DNA from: Owenia fusiformis
Taxonomy: Eukaryota
Assembly: GCA_903813345.2 (NCBI GenBank)
Contig: CAIIXF020000001.1
Location: 10,230,001 to 10,294,000, forward strand
Direction: 5' to 3'
Length of the DNA stretch: 64,000 nucleotides
Shown here piece after piece: positions 61,029 to 64,000 of this stretch (positions are counted from its first letter, which is position 1; each line of letters starts with the position of its first letter). Under the pieces are notes generated by a model. The model ran no database searches. It saw only the letters and a program-made list of their open reading frames with translations, and was not told the origin of the DNA. The position numbers and the translations under genes were made by a program.

Positions 61029-64000
61029 GTATATATTTGGGCTCCATACTTTACACCTTGGTCTGTCATAAGTGCTATGAGACCAGTACTGGTTTTGGTT
61101 TTAGACTGGTTTTCTCCACAATGTTAAATCATGGAACATTCAGTTTGCCTATTGTACATCAGACCTCCATACATGTGCACTGATAAGTGACACTGGCTGA
61201 ATTCCAGAACATTTCATTACTGTAGATATTTTAATTCAAAAAAGGCTTGTACTTAAGAGAAAGGCAAATAATTGGTCCAAAATTTATCATTTACCACATA
61301 TAAGATCACTTCACTTAGCATGAACGTAGTTCCTTCTTGCATCTAGTTGTGTAGTCATGTTATTTTATCGCATCCTTTGGGTGCTATATTGTGATCAGTT
61401 TGTTGAGTAAATGGGTGGGTGGGTGAGTGGGCATCCTACTTTAGTTACATTTTTTAAGGCGAACCATTTGACAGGTTGATTTCAAATTTTCAGCGTTGAT
61501 TCTTTTTGTAAATTTTGGGGTTTTCTATGTGAATGCTAATGGCGTCCATTTTGGATTCTCATCCTAAATCTTGTACACATCTTGTCTACATATTTCAAGC
61601 AAAAAAGTTTGATCTGAATTTTAATGGATGCTTTTTGGTTTGAATATTTAGAACTGCTCAGTTTTTGTCATTTCTTGGTTAATGTTAAGGCGGCGATTTT
61701 GGACTTTCCATTCCTTAAAGTATCTATTCTACTCAAGGGTGCGATACTGTTCACCCTGTGTTGTGTTTTATGATCATGGCTATATGTGTGAAGTGCATAT
61801 ACAGTAATACCAATATATAATAGTCTTGCATCCAGTCCCTTTGTTGTATCTCTCCCTTGTGTGAGATTGAGAATTGTGGAGAGGGGCAACACTGGGGCTC
61901 TATGCAAAACTAACATAATGATTTGACAATTTGGTGAAATATGACACAAATTGGTGTTTAGAATTGCTTCCTCTGTCAATATGTGATGAGGCTGAGTAGA
62001 AATGATTCATCAGTCTGTTATCACACAAGATTAATTATATACAAATCTTTTGCACCCTGAGTGGCGTGTCTGAATCTTGCTTTACTGTTGTGAAATAAGT
62101 ACCGATCTCTTTGAATGGTTGCCATTTTTTCAGTATTCACTTAGACTCACCACCATGTGGAATCAGCGGCTGTTCCACTGTCCTATAGGAGGAGTGGTTC
62201 TATTCAGAAGATTAAAATGTATACAGCTGTATAATATAATATCTATATAATATATTTTCTAGGTTTTAGAGCATCCAGATTTTATTTAAAATCAAATTAA
62301 TCCAGGGTTGTGTGTTTAAGTGTACTGTTTTTATTGAAATATAAAGTAAATTCAGCCTGGGAAATGGCACTATTCCCCACATTATACCTCACTTCATGTT
62401 TCAAACTAACTTCTACACAATCTTTTTATCATACCACTGGTGAAATATTGGTGTCATGTTGGATTTTTAAATTTTTAGCCCTCATAAAGGATACCAAATT
62501 TTACATGTGATTAACTTTTGGGGGATATCTTGTTTGCTGGCGGTCATTTTGGAACTTTTTTTTGATAAAACTTGTCATCCCGATTCCAAGAAAACCACTC
62601 ATTAGATTCTTTCTTCATTCTTCAAATCATTCATTCATTCTTCAAATTCTTTCACATGATAGAGAATTCCAAATTCTAGAATTGATTATTTTTGGATGGC
62701 CTCATGTTTTGGTGGTATGATTTCATTCATCTCATGGGCCTTGTTAAATTTCACTTTTTAAACAATCTGTTTCATCAGCAAGGGTTGATGGGGGGGGGGG
62801 GGGTCATCACCATCATTTTCATGGTGGAAAGGGGAGGGGTGATCAAGCAGAGATCTAAATGCATGTAGAGTTTGGGATTTTTGAGATGACCCATTATGTA
62901 GAAGATCAAGACCTTAATAGATTCCCATTATACTTCGTCAGCATCATGGGAAGGGATCTTTTAATCAGATCATCTTCCGATCATGCGAGTTCAGAATAAT
63001 TTTCCTTCCCCCTGCAGCAATCATATAGAATTATCCCCAATGTACCCTATCACATGGCAAAATTGCAGAACTTGTATATACTTAAATATTCAGCATGCTT
63101 GCATTGAATGGGCCTTCTGCAAACCCCTATTGGCACTTGCACAGTTTCTATTACACCTCTGTCTTGCATCAAGTCTCTTTCAAGTCTGCCCTATTATAGA
63201 TTTCCCCCTTATGTAGAAGGTGTGTATCTAAGTAGTGGGGGGAGGGGCAACATGGGCTTGATACAAGACTTATGAAGAGATAACTATAAGTGTTCTTTTT
63301 ATCTTAGAACTTTCCCATTTAATTGATTGATGCAAGGGGGAAGTTATTCTTGATGTTATTGAGATTGGCTTTTAACATAATGTCATGAATCTTTGCTTGT
63401 AGTTTCAGTCTCACCAGAATGCTTGTATTTAGCACTAATCAATCTAATGTATAATCTTCCATGTATAATTTCAGTCATTTAGAGAAAGAAGGGCTCAGTT
63501 TAAACACCTCTCATCAGTCTTTCCCTCTTGTTCAGTTCCATGGCTTAAGGCCTCTTGTCATAAATTGGCAGGGCCTTGTGTTATTACTATGGGTCTTATG
63601 TTCAACGGAGGCTACATTAATCATCTTATCATATATCCAAAAAAGCTAAGCACAAAGTTACATAATGCAAACATGAAGTCATATAGGTCCTAACCAAAAG
63701 TTACTCTGCTTTTGAGATGCAACAAGCTTATACATATACAGATACCTCTTGTGTTACACTATAGGCCTTGTGTGATACTTGTATGCCTTGTGTCATAACT
63801 AAAGGCCTTATAAGTGTATTCAGGCACATATTGACCCTAGGAACATGTTCCAAGCACCAGGCAAATGTAATCTGTAAAAAAGACAATGTTAAAACATTTG
63901 AAAATGAATTTGTATGTATGCACATCAACCTACCACATCTAGTTCTCATCTTTCTTTTGCATCTTCCTACTCCTTTATATGTCACAAACAACAAACAAGT

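Noticed and set aside
62680-62761. Candidate terminal exon of paralog B (IDYFWMASCFGG...)
   Set aside because: Poor polypyrimidine tract, and it lacks the Y-x-x-x-H pattern seen in the paralog A terminal exon; the real exon is probably beyond 64000.

Overview
AT-rich, intron-rich animal genomic DNA, apparently from a marine invertebrate; the species cannot be determined from sequence alone. Most short ORFs in the supplied track are noise. Three spliced genes were reconstructed by hand from GT-AG sites, reading-frame phase and protein motifs. (1) The 5' part of an EFCAB14-like type II membrane protein gene (minus strand, 4 coding exons, 9117 to 988) runs off the left edge; an orphan transmembrane exon at 14422-14609 could give it an alternative N-terminus. 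(2) A complete, divergent MBOAT1/2-like lysophospholipid acyltransferase lies on the minus strand (47148 to 33736, about 491 aa) and carries two intact copies of one 102-nt exon, candidate mutually exclusive exons. (3) A second, more canonical MBOAT1/2-like paralog lies on the plus strand (47345 to beyond 61028; last exon not found). The two MBOAT start codons face away from each other only 196 bp apart, with a perfect 3-unit heat-shock element between them. The remaining sequence is dense with non-autonomous DNA transposons (TTAA/Kolobok-type, Harbinger-type, Tc1/mariner-type, Helentron/HINE-type), a LINE 3' fragment split by a nested insertion, minisatellites and several long inverted repeats. 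All family assignments come from motif recognition, not database searches.
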